Shown here piece by piece: positions 22,605 through 34,792 of a stretch of DNA of 64,000 bases. Position numbers and translations under genes: made by a program. The DNA is from Laetmonice hystrix. Its lineage: Eukaryota. The stretch spans positions 12,834,001-12,898,000 of the forward strand of contig OZ249450.1 of assembly GCA_965235115.1 (NCBI GenBank), given 5' to 3'. The notes below the pieces were generated by a model. It saw nothing but the letters and a program-made list of their open reading frames with translations. It had not been told where the DNA came from and ran no database searches. Within the stretch, counting starts at the first letter, position 1. Each line of letters opens with the position of its first letter.

Positions 22605-25600
22605 ATGGCAGGCTCACAGCGTGTTCAGGAATATTTACAAAAGCACAAAATAGGGAATCTCTTCGAGGTGGGCCTACATTTTACCCTATTATCGCCCAGT
22701 ACCACACCAGTGCTGGCCTCTGTTACACTCTGTTGTGTTACAGTAGTCAGTACTACAGTACATTGGTTTAGACCTTTCTTTAGTTAGACAAATGCCGGCT
22801 GGGCACAGGTTGTGGCAAAGACACATCTTAAGACTAATATGATGTAGGTGCTACCTAGAGGGCGAGCGCCGCGACGGGAGGCCTACACTATATACTAGCC
22901 TATAACAATATACAATGTCAGGACTGGTCACTTAGCAGCACATCGGGATATTGTGGCGTCACAGTGAAGAAACACTCACGCGACTGTTTGTTCACTGTGA
23001 CGTCGGGATATTGTGGCGTTACAGTGAACAAACACTCACGCGACTGTTTGTTCACTGTGACGTCACAAATCAGACACGCTCTGCAAGGGTCACATGACCC
23101 TCCATGGATTTCTCCATGGATTTGCTCCATGGTTTTTCCGGTTCCGGTTTTACGTGACGAAATTTTTTGGTGAGACGGTATGTGTCACCTTGGCTACCGT
23201 TTCACACGTGTTGTCATAGAGCTCGCTTGCGCTCGCTATAAGACTGAGAGTTGTATTCAAATACAGGAGATTCCAAAATTCTGATGTGTAACTGTGACTG
23301 TGTCTGTGCTGTGGTCATGGTGGTGTGTTGTGTGTGTGCTGTGACTGTGTCTGAGTGTAGTAAAGCTGAAATCAGTCGAGTAAAAAATGCAGAACAGCTT
23401 TGGCCTTTAAAGTTTGCCTTTTGGCCTAGGCTAGGGCTAGGGGCGAGGGCTATGGCCTATGCTTAGGATTAAATTTATTTTATAGGAATTATTTTTTGTC
23501 AATTCGCGCATTTAATATGTTAAATGTCACTGACATATAGCGGAGCATGCAGCGTGTAGCCTAGTAATAATACTATATGATGGCTTATCACAGGCCCAGT
23601 CTAGCTAGATTCAGCCTAGCTTGCGAGTTTCTAATTAATTGACATATTTCTACCAATCATAATCGAGAAAATATTAACACCCCGCAAAACAAAATGGCGC
23701 CGATTTGCGGTTTCTGATTTGTACCTTCCGGTTGATGTTGCATGGGTTAGTGGATTTTGACGTCACATTCACCCAGCTTTTTTCTGATGTCACAAATGTG
23801 TGATGCCATAATGTCAGCGCTTCGCGGCGCTGCCTTCTGTGGCACTCGCTGCGCGCTATAAAATACAAAAAGAAAAAGAATTCATTGCCCAGATGACAGA
23901 TGCCAAAGAACTGTTTGTAGGCGAATATTTTGACTCTGGCTATGCTGGCAATAGACCCTGAAACCCATCACAAGTATCACATGTGTGTGAGTTATAATTT
24001 CAGGAGATGATGGCGAAGGTGATCAGTGATATGCCGGATGAGCCCGTCATTTATCTGCTGCAGATGTTGGAGAGGAAGGCGTCCAGACTAGTCAGTAGAT
24101 CATCATGTATTATATGCCTTTACAACTTGTTCATACAACACTGGTCATAGAAAACGTTTTAAAAACTACCCATATGAGATGCATTAACATTCAAATATTA
24201 TTACAGCAATTACCTGTTATGCCCTCCACCGAAACTCTAAGTTGTGGTAGTGCTGTTAATTTCTTGCATGTCAGCGTGGTTGTAGGTAAAATATTACACT
24301 GCCCTTTTTTCACTCTGTGCCATCAATAGACTCCAAGTGCTGTATTTGCTCATTTTGATTCTAACAGTCCCTCATTTAAACTTTCTTTAATTCAAGGTTA
24401 TCACTAACTAAGAGATCATGTTTTTCAGTCTGTTTGTCCTTTCCTTTCATGTATTTTGGTTACTCTAAAATCTTTCCTTTTTAATTTCCTATAACAGGGC
24501 AGTAAGGCACAGTTGAGGAAAAGCATGGGTGATTTAGGTAAGTTTACTGGAGTAACTTGATAACGACCCTCATTTTATAATTGAGATTTGGGTTGGATGC
24601 TAATTTGTAGTATTGGCTTTCTGAGATCTGCAATAATCGGGGAGCTTTACAACATATCACACATGCTTCTAGATTCTGACTATGGTCCAAATTGTATGAA
24701 ATAAATAGATATTAATAGGATAACAGCATTAATGCCTAAACTCATTAATTAATATTTTGGTTTTGATGGTTTTTAATGATCTAGTTCATAAAAATTGATG
24801 GGTATTCCGTGTGATTTACTAATTAACCTGTTTTGCTGGTTTGACAGCAAGTCTACGAAGTGTAAGTCCAGAAAAGGCAGGAACTTGGTCAGGTAAGCCA
24901 TGCCTGCCTAAAGTTAAAAAATTAAAGGTGCTGTATCAATTTGTACATATGAACTGATAATTTCTTTTTATGTTGACCTTGTGTTATTAGAAATATTGTT
25001 TAGCATCAAGAATTTCTTCAAGTACCGGTAATCATAGTTAATGGAGTGAAGTATTTTAGTTGAACATGGTTGAGTGGCATCATATTCTACTGAGACCATT
25101 TGGGGGTAAAATATGACTTTGTGACATCAGAATGGGTGAATGGAGTATCCCGGTAGTAGAGTTGTAATGGAATGTTGAGGTGTTCTCCTGCTTTATAAAA
25201 TAAGAGGGCAATAAACAGGTTGCAGCAAAATTCAAAATACAATTTACATCAGCCAGAATTTCAGGTGCAACTGTATGACTGCTTTATAACTTATTCAAAG
25301 AAATCTGAGGATATTATGTTATTGTCCCCCACCATTTTGGATTCTTTTGAATTGGAAATTCAGTAACCATAAATGTAAATTAAAATCCAGAATCCTGTGT
25401 AATGCAGTCAGACCTCAGTTAGTTGTCTGGCCGATGTTTAGAAAAAAAATCTTGCTCTCCTTTTTGACAGGTGGTGTAGCAGTTGCCAAGGACCGGCCCT
25501 ACACAAAGCCATGGCAGACCAACACTAAACGACAGAAAAACAAAACTGATGGCACATCAAAAAGTAAGGAATTCTACCCAAATGTAACAGACCAACACTA

Positions 25601-28600
25601 GTTAGGAACAGGTATAAGCAATTCCATTCAATACAATTTTTATCAGCCAATTCTTCATAGTAGTGTAACATGATGACTACCAAAAATAGGAGCAGTGTTC
25701 TCGCCAGACTTTTTCGGCGTAGCGGGCCTCTACACTGTGTATTTAGGCTGCTATGCTGTCTTTGAGGCCACTACGCTGTCTCTTGACCAGCGTAGTGGCA
25801 AAAACTTGTCTAAATTCAACAGAACCCGCACGAATACTCTGTAAAATGTCGCTCGTTTACTGTCCAGTTTAGCAAACATTTCTCATACCATCTAGACTGC
25901 AAGATAAGGCTCTAAAATAGCCTAAATTACCAGAGCTTGGGAGGGGGGAGGGCTTTGCCCTTCCTGTACCCCTAACCAGGGCTCTGCCCTTGGTTTGACC
26001 ACTATGCTGTCGAAAATTTCTGGTGAGAATCCTAAAGAGGGACATGAATAAGTTTATTTTTTTAAAGCTCGCACTTCAGTTGAGAGGCCTGAGTGGGACA
26101 ATAAGGTGAAACTAACGGCAGCCAGCTTTGACGACCTGTGGGAAGATGGACCAATGACTGGACAGAAAGGACGAAAGAAGGCAGCATCTCCTACCAGAGC
26201 AAGCACAAAGTCAGCCTGGGCGGACACAATTGATGTGAGCCTTTGTACAGATCATGTCCCTCTGTACTCACATTATTATTATTTATATAAAGAATGTGAT
26301 TATGTCTCTCAGTTAAAACCCGAGTTACCTGCATTAAAAGATTTAACACTTTTTCTCAAATTATGCTAGACACTGATGGAAAGTAAATGAGATTTTGTGA
26401 TGCAAAACAGAAATGTCTTTACCTACATATAATTTTTGTCCTGTCTTCTACAGGATGAAGAATTCCTGTTTGCCAGTCAAGGTTACGAGGGGCCACGGCG
26501 TCCATACACTGAAGATGATGACCCATTGGCTGGGGAATTTACGCTCAGCAAGGAACGTTCCACAAAGAAACCAAAAGGGGGCCCCACCAGGTATGAGGTT
26601 ACGGTTATGATCCACTGCGGACTGGTGGGAAGGGGCAGGCCCGTCAGCTCTAAGCATGCTCTCATAACTCATTAATTTTATTTAATTTTCATGCAGGAAT
26701 GAAGCCAGAATTTTTGGGAGATGGGATCAAAGAGGGTTGAGTCAGGTAACTGAATTAAAAAAACGAGAAAAATTGAAAAATCCAGAAAATGTCCAGTCCC
26801 GATATAGATGAAGTATTTCGAGTCATTTGGAAAACTGTCAGGTCAGCATTTTATCCAGAAATTCTCCATTTTTCAGTACTTCACGGCGCATTCATGGACA
26901 AAAAATGGATGCAGAGAGACGCAAGAAAACGTTGGAGAAACTGATCCTGGCCAAACAGCGACAGACCGACTCAGGGATTGAAGATGACAGAGACTTGGAT
27001 CAGGATGATGCTCTGGTTCTTATGGGTGGGTGTCACAGAACTAAGTTAAAACATGGTGTGGCAAGGTGGTGTAGGGTTCAAACCTCTATTTTAAAATCAG
27101 GGTTTTTCCTGCCAAGAGCCTGATGAGGGGGAGGGACGGTACAGTATAGCACAGTGAACATCCACTGTAACTTTCCCTATTTTCATACATAGAAAATTAA
27201 TGGGTTTTTTTTCAATAAAACTTTTTATCTACGTACTTTGAATAATCTCAAAACAAGTTAACATGTTTTTTTTTGCAGAAGATGCTGAAGACCTGAGGAA
27301 GGAAGGAGTGAGGAGAGTAAGGCAAGACGGGGTCAGGATCCGGCCGGTGGGTTGAGATGACCATACTGATCCTTTAATCTGAAACGACTTGTGGTATAAA
27401 TTTCAATGATACACACTCACTTAACATTATTAATTTTCATGATTGCAGCAAACATCTGCACCAGCAGCCCCAGAGGTACGTGTCAGCATCTGCGCCAGAT
27501 GTGCAAAGGTCATGGCAGGTGGTGAGCCCAGCGAACCCGCAGTTGGTGAGTTCAGTGTTAACATGCTTGTGAAGATCTTTGAAGGTTTTTTTTTCAGTGA
27601 TCTTGGAGGAGTTCATATGTTAGTTTCTTCTGTTTGTTTTCTTTTGAATATTGCTGAAATTCCAGGGATTTCAGTGTTTGCATGTATGCAAAAGGTCAAA
27701 ATGCTGTGCAAAGTATTTGTTTTCCCTGATGTAAATAACAGTTTGACCTACTGCAGGTCAAGGAGTGAGAATCACAGGTAGAAAATGTCAGTACAAATAC
27801 CAAGGTTTACTCGTGAGGGGGCCGTAAATATTGGTGCCTGGTACCTGGTACATGTCATCAATTTCTATTGTGTTGGGCCTGTGCCAGGAACTGGTTACGG
27901 TGAACTACCAGACTACGAGTACGACACCGACAGGGAATTTGATGAAATTCGGCCACAGTCAGGTAAGGCCAAGGAAAAAAATTTCTAGGATTCCGGTTCT
28001 CAAGAGTTACAGACTTATTCATTCTAAATTCTGTCTTTATTTTTTCCTTTTTAGAGACTGAAAACTTGTTCTTTTTATTTTTGGGTCCTGAGCAAATCTG
28101 AAAATATAAAGCTCAAGATTGGATAATTTGTCACATTGACCGGAATCCTGAAATATTTTTAATATGGCCTAAGGTACTGTAATTCTTGAAATTTTGTGGA
28201 AAAAAACTTTTTACAAAGAAATTTTAAGAAGTGACTTCTTCAAGTTCTTGCAATGTAGCTAGATTGTAGTGTTAGATTTTTGTTTCACCTACGGCAGACC
28301 TAACATAAATCAAGAATTACAGTACATGAAAAGTTCTGCTTTGTAGGTTAGGTACCCTGCTTACTGTAGATGCTACATCCGGTGTGTGTATAGCTGTGGT
28401 AATGTTATTATCTGCTGTTTGGCCTACTGAAAACTGTCTCAGACTGAAAACTGCATTCATTATTTTTGAAATGTGCTCATTTGAGGAAACCTGTAGTGTA
28501 TCTTACCAATATTGTGATAAAATAACATACCAGTAACTGCAAGATGGAATGATTGTTTTTTTAGTTTAGTTGTTAACTTTGCAAACTGAAAAGGCGAAGT

Positions 28601-31600
28601 GTTTATTGTTTATCCACCTCAGTACTGCTGGTCTATCTCTTCTGTTCTAAATATAGAAGTGTTTTATGTACTTTAATGCATGCTTCTTGAATTTGTCGTT
28701 AACCTCAAAACTTGGGTTTGGGCTTATGATTTCTGCCCGTTGGTAACAGAGTTCCACTTGACTTGTCCCTCATAACTCGACATAAGGACCTCTGACACAA
28801 ATTGCCAAAAAAAACCAAAAAGTTGAAAAACATCTGTGTCAGAATTGTCATCTGATTTTTGGTCCCGAGCCATTACGAGTAACAAAATGGACAACAGTAT
28901 TTGCACATTTATGATGGAAACACAAATATTTGTATATGGAAATATGGGAAATTGTATTATACCATGAGTTGTGGTTAATTTTAGCTCTCCGTGCGAGCCC
29001 AGGGGTGACTGACGAAGATGACGAATTTGAGAGTGTATCACAAGTAACTGGCCCAGTGAGTTCATTGCTACAATTTGCTAAGATTTATTCATCAATAGTA
29101 TTCTGTAACAGAGTAAAAGAATAAAAGATGTAAACATAGTGAACATTATTACTTTAAGTTATAGAGAGAACTTTTCTTTTCATGATGGTTTCAATTGAGG
29201 AAGTAACCGAATAAATCACCATGATTTTTTTTGTATATTTTTCATTATTCGATGACTTATTTCTTTTCACCTTCAGAGGCATCCAGTGTGGCAAAATGAG
29301 GATTCTGATGGTAAATTATATACTGATATCAATACATGTGTGTCACAAATTCGAGAAAACAATAACATTATTATGCTATTACCAGCTTATCGAGATCTTT
29401 ATTATCACACTAATCCAGACCAGTCAGCGATAAAGGTATCTAAAATAATCTATGCCTGAAAGTTATAACCAATAACCAATTTTGTAGATATCAGGAGAGT
29501 TGTAATTTCCTAAGAGTACCGTTAGTAAATGGCTGGTTGTTTTCATGTGTTTGTTCATCAGACGAAGCCCAGAGAGCCAGGAAGGGGGCCCACATGTTCA
29601 GTTCCAGTGGCGTACCCACCAGAGGCCGACCCATGTACAGGTGAGCAGTTCACACCAAACTCTGCCGTCAGTCGTGCAGTGCAATACTCCTGATAATCCT
29701 GATAAAAGTATAACAGAGCATTAAAAGTTGTTTTTATTGTTAAGATTTTTAATCTTTACTGGCAATTCTGAAATCTCATTAATGGGCCTGAATGATGAAA
29801 CAACTGGTACTTCAGGAATCTACGATATAAATGAAAGAGAAACCTGAAAAAAATACTAAATATTGCTATTTAAATCTATGTAAAATTGGTAGCCCAGAGC
29901 ATGAGAAGGAGGCCGCAAGAAGCAAGAACCCATTACGTGCCACAATTGATGTGTATCGTAGCGTGGACACGGATGCCTCTGAGCGCACACTGAAGGGGCA
30001 CAGTGCCTTCAATAAAACATGGACGCCAGGAGTCGGCCACAGCACTGACGACTCCACTGTAAGTATACCATCAGGTATTAGGTAGAATAGACCAGCTTCA
30101 GCATCCAGCTGCTATAGAGAATGCGATTATGTTTCCTTTTTAGAAATTAAGTTGGGCCATTTTTAAGCATTACAATTGCTATTAAGCTGTTGTGGTATTA
30201 TTTATATTGTTAGCATTAAGGAATACTATGAGAATACAGTAATTGTCCTGAAAACCAATACCAATGGCCCAAGTCCATCTATAGATAGGTAGGTTGCTGT
30301 GGTGGAGAGGTCGCATGCCGCCATCTTGGTGAAAAAAGTCATGAAGTTATATACCAGGAATTATGGTAATCATTAATTAATTGCAAATATTATAAGTATG
30401 GTCTGTCAAATTCAATATAAAAACAATTTTTTCTATAATCCACTCTTTTAGTTACAGAAAGATCCTGAAGAGAAGGAATCGGTTACGGTAGATTAGGCTA
30501 ACTAATGTTAATTTTGCTCCATTCACGATCCCAAGAATTTGTCGGAAAGCATGGGTGTTAAATCAGTGTGAATTTACCGTCATTGTTCAAAACAGTGATG
30601 CTTTTCAGCCCTCACACAATCACAGCCCCTGGTCTTTGAAGGAGTAAGGAACAGAATTTTTTATTCTAGTTTTTGGTCAAGCAGACTTTGTCATGAAAGA
30701 GCTGAATGGAATCATTATTTGTAACCAGGTAATATATTTACCACATGGAAAAAACCAACACCTCTGGCCCGTCCCCGAGGTAGTGATACATACAGATGCA
30801 AAAAAAAAAAAAAAAAAAGAGAGAAAGAGAGAGAGACAAGAGAGTAACAGAAATCAAGTTTAAAAAACATTGGCACTAACTTCCCATGTAAATGTGTCTT
30901 CACAATGCTATCCTGGTGCAGCCATACTTGGGTCACAGGTATAGCACACCATATCTGTATCATGTAAGTACACATCTACACTCCCGTACCGTGTTGTGGA
31001 ATGTAAGAAATTGTTTAGTATTGTCAGTAATTATACAACACATTCTGCATTTTTCTCCATGTTTCATATTCCCAACTTTCCTGGTCCATATACCGGTAGT
31101 AATTTTATGTCATTACTGTTCATAATTATGTTGTATACACATGTGTTTTCTTTCACTGTTTTGAAAACTTTCAACAGTGAAAAAATGAACAAATTGAAAT
31201 TGTTTATTTCTACTGACATAGAATTTTGTAGAAAGACTGCTTTGAAAATGAAATTTGCAAAGCTGGTTGCTTTCCCAAACAAGTTGTTTTACATGTACTT
31301 GTTCAGTCCGTTTCTGTTGTTTTCACGGTTTCCTATATGGTTGCTATGGTAATGTCATAGAATTATTCTGCACATATATATCAATTTTTTTCCAAACTGT
31401 TTCTTGGGGCAAAAAATGTAATGCCCAAATCACATACATGTCAAAAGTGTATGTTTCTTCATAAACTGATTGTATACGGTATATCAGTAGAAGTGCTATA
31501 ATCTCAGCTTTTTGCTATTTATCAAAAGCAAACTAACAGTCTGTCAATGTCATGTATAGCCTACCATCAGTATGAAACCTGTAGTTTGGTGTAGGTACTG

Positions 31601-33984
31601 AAGGTTGCATGTCCTAGCTGACCCGTGTTTTGTTGGCCATTGTTTGCCCCCAGCAGGCTGCCCCGCCGCCCACCAAGGAGGTCACATTCCAGGCCCACGA
31701 ACCATCCGTTGTAGAGGTTGGGGCGGAAAGTGAGGTTGCTGAGGGTTCCACAATCCCCCAACAGGTGGCGCTTCATTAACAGCTTCTTAATCCTTTATTA
31801 ATTATTCATTTCTTTTTCTTCTTTTTGCTTGAATCATTCTTGCTTCATGGCAGTGCTTGACCTACTTCACCCAAAATAATTTTGATCATTTGTGCACGTT
31901 GTTCAGATTACGTTTTTCAGTTTTCAAATTCATGTTTCATCGGTTTTTTGTTTCTCAGCAAGACTCATAACACATGACTTGGAAAGCACAACTGACATCC
32001 AGGCTTGGAACCCTTGCTCCTTTGTTGCCTTTTCTACTGTAGGCCTACCACTGGCAGCTACAGCTTCACCTATTGCCAACTGAATAACTTTAATGTTTTG
32101 TTTTTTTTACTGTGGCATATTACAACATTTTGTGTGTTATCTTAGTAAAAGTTGTTACTGCATTTTTGATGAAGAAGCAAACTTCTGACTGTAGCGGAGA
32201 ATCCTCCTAATTTTGGATTACCATTTACATTTAAAATGAAAAAATTAATTATAACTGACTTCTCTCCAATTATTAGCCTGAACCTGAAGTCATACCGGTA
32301 ATCTTAATCAATATTGTATACACTACTCACCGATACATACTTATAGTATAGAAAAACTTCAGAAGACATCACCATCTTGTGACACAAGGACACTTTTCTG
32401 ACAACACTTAGAACCTTGAGCTTAGCCAACTTCGGAATCAATGTAACTTGCAAAAACAATTAAACAACTTCCCTCCCATTATTAGCCTGAACCTGAAGTG
32501 GTACCTGTATTCTTAAATCAATATATTGTAAACACCACTCACCAAGTAGCGGAGAGAAGATCACCATTCTGTGACACAAGGATAATTTTCTGGCAATATA
32601 TACAAGTTAAAGCTAAACTCTATTGAATTTGGTTTCCACGTCAGACTGCAGCGATGGCCCAATGTCACGTACCCGTTCTAAAAATTGAACGACCTGGGAG
32701 CCCCCTAGTCGCTCGCTCTGGTGTGGCCTGTGCTTCCTCGGGGAACGGAGCGTTCAATTTTTAGAATGGGTACGTGACATTTGGCCATCGCTGCAGTCAG
32801 ACGGAATTCAATAGAGTTTACCTTTAAATAACAATCTTTAAGTTAACTCAACTTTAGAAACACCTTCTTTACTGTTACATTTAACGTGTAAAACCATTTA
32901 CTGACTTTTGTCCAATTATTAGCCTGAACCTGAAGTTATACCGGTAATCTCAATATTTCGAACACTGTATGCCGCGTGTAAGAGAAAACACCACCATCTG
33001 GACAGTTTACTAATGACACTTACTAGTTAACTAACAACCATACTCACCTACAACTATTATCCCTAGTAGAGTTAGAGCATTAGGCTGAGGCAATCCCTCT
33101 GGTATCAAAATGCAGAACTTTAGAAAATTTCATATAATTTGCATGCATTGCATTTGCAGATCCTTTCCTATGCCATATCTCAGCTTATAAAATAGAAATT
33201 GTAATGCTACGAGAGATAAGTTGTTTGTAGGCATGGTCAGTTTGAGGTTTCACTGTCTGCATGACGTCACGTCAATAAAACCCTGACCCGGTCTATAGCC
33301 GGTCTGGGGTGTTCAGTCACTGAGGCATGATGCTTAATGTTTGCTTGATTGTGCCTTGTCGCCGTCAAGGATGAAGACGAAGGTGCAGTCAGTCTAAGAG
33401 GAGCGGGCTGGACGGTCCCGCAAACTGACTATGACTCCGACGCCAGCAGCCTGCCTGGTGGCAGAGGTGAGTCACATGACCGTGCCCTCCACCAATCAGA
33501 TGTGATGTAATATAAGAAATATGGCCTTTATGTTCTTGTTTTACAAAGTGAAGAATGTAGTCTCTGTAAATGCTTACATTTTTTCTATGCTTAAGAACAT
33601 TAGTTCACATTGTAGTAAGCTTGGCTTTCCTAGAGCAAGTATTCCTCTACATTAAATGGCTTATGCTACTGCTAGCAGGTACTGCTTGATTCCCTGGACC
33701 AACTTGTGACGACATAACTGGCGTTTTTTGATGGACCCTTTCACCGACTCGCTCAAAATCCAAAATGAATCTTTACCATGTCGTTGACTTTTTTTCCAGT
33801 ACTGGGAAAAGTACGAGGAAAAACGAAATACTACCAAGGTAAGAACAGTGGATGTTTTATTATGTTAGTAAAATTTCAATTATGATTTACAAAATTCCTG
33901 AATTATAAGTGATTTATAGATGCTTGAAAAGAAATCAGATGACCAAGGTGTGGCAACTGGTTCATAATTTCAGGAGAGTTCTAG
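22605..33984 (+). CDS. C8orf34: C8orf34/VEST1-like protein with N-terminal Dpy-30/RIIa-type dimerization-docking domain, about 554 aa, about 20 exons
   Basis: Exons 22605-22667, 24004-24090, 24498-24537, 24848-24892, 25471-25563, 26068-26234, 26454-26590, 26877-27025, 27279-27346, 27449-27545, 27888-27962, 28985-29055, 29277-29310, 29562-29640, 29893-30058, 30452-30487, 31654-31764, 33370-33466, 33800-33838, 33974-33984; phases close without stops. Family-like motifs: RVQEYLQKHKIGNLFEEMMAKVISDMPDEPVIYL, YTKPWQ, YEGPRRPYTEDDDPLAGE, DLRKEGV, VSICARCAK, TDEDDEFESVSQVTGP. The 3' exons are less certain. Confidence 0.8.
22835..23238 (+). mobile_element. Helitron-like non-autonomous element, copy 1 (intron 1 of the C8orf34-like gene)
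   Basis: Reverse-complement match to 38667-38964 plus 39716-39797. Internal 60-bp tandem duplication (22944 and 23004) of a palindromic unit; GC-rich GAGCTCGCTTGCGCTCGCTA end. The superfamily assignment is inferred. Confidence 0.7.
25693..26033. mobile_element. Degenerate CAG-terminated MITE
   Basis: CAGTGTTCTCGCCAGA versus TCTGGTGAGAATCCT, with internal repeated CTACGCTGTC/CTATGCTGTC motifs. Confidence 0.45.
32255..33030. repeat. Degenerate triplication of an about 210-bp unit in a C8orf34-like intron
   Basis: The block CC(A/C)ATTATTAGCCTGAACCTGAAGT recurs at about 32266, 32475 and 32912, each followed by similar downstream sequence (CACCAT...GACA). Confidence 0.7.
32607..32827. mobile_element. 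TTAA-flanked MITE with about 85-bp imperfect TIRs (Kolobok-like)
   Basis: TTAAAGCTAAACTCTATTGAATT...GACTGCAGCGATGGCC...ATGTCACGTACCC...CTAAAAATTGAACG and its inverse, ending GAGTTTACCTTTAA. Confidence 0.8.
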
Positions 33985-34792
33985 CAGCTGTTTGGATGAC
34001 AGCGACACCTACCTGATCTGAAGTCAACTAGTGTCAACGCAATGTGTGAGCGAGTAAGAAGATTCTCTGAGACCTAATTCTGAAGGAGCCTTACTCAACC
34101 ACATACCGGTATATGAATAATATATGATGATGTGATATAACCAAATCATAAAGCAACTTATTTAAATCAGATGGAATTTATTTACCATTTTTATAGTTGT
34201 CATAACTTATATACAGACATAAATGAATTAAAATTGGGTGATGCTAAAGTTCTTCAATCAAGGCCTTTTAGTTTGTGGTCTGAAACTGAGAAAGACTGCA
34301 ACATTTTCATGCCATGTCACTTTACTGCAATACAATTGTAAAAGTTTCCGCATGGTGTAAGGATCCATCAACCTGTCCAGTATGAGCTGGTACGAAAATG
34401 ATCCGTTGCCAGATTGTGTATAGTTGTAGGATATATTTTCTGTGTTATTCAGCGATCCGTCCATACATTCTAAGTGTAGAGTACATGTACCACTAAACGA
34501 ATTGGACTCAGTGTTAATGGGTATGCCTTACTGGGACGTCAAAAATTCAGCCTTGGACATCATATGAATCCTAAACGACTCCTTACAATATTACAGTACG
34601 AGTTGTAAAATGACGGCTGCATAAAGATAATAAAACGATTTTCTTGAACATAACTTTTCTTTTTATTGTCATCATTTACAAATATTTGCCTTAACTATAA
34701 ATGCTGATGGAGGATGGAAAAACGCTAATGGGGAATGGGAACGTTTATAAAATTTCAGGTGAATAAATGGAAATATGTGTTAAAACATACGG

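Noticed and set aside
26697-26745. 49-nt exon-like segment (CAG/GAATG...TCAG/GTAACT) in the C8orf34-like gene
   Set aside because: Inclusion shifts the frame relative to the next well-supported exon. It could at most be a poison exon.
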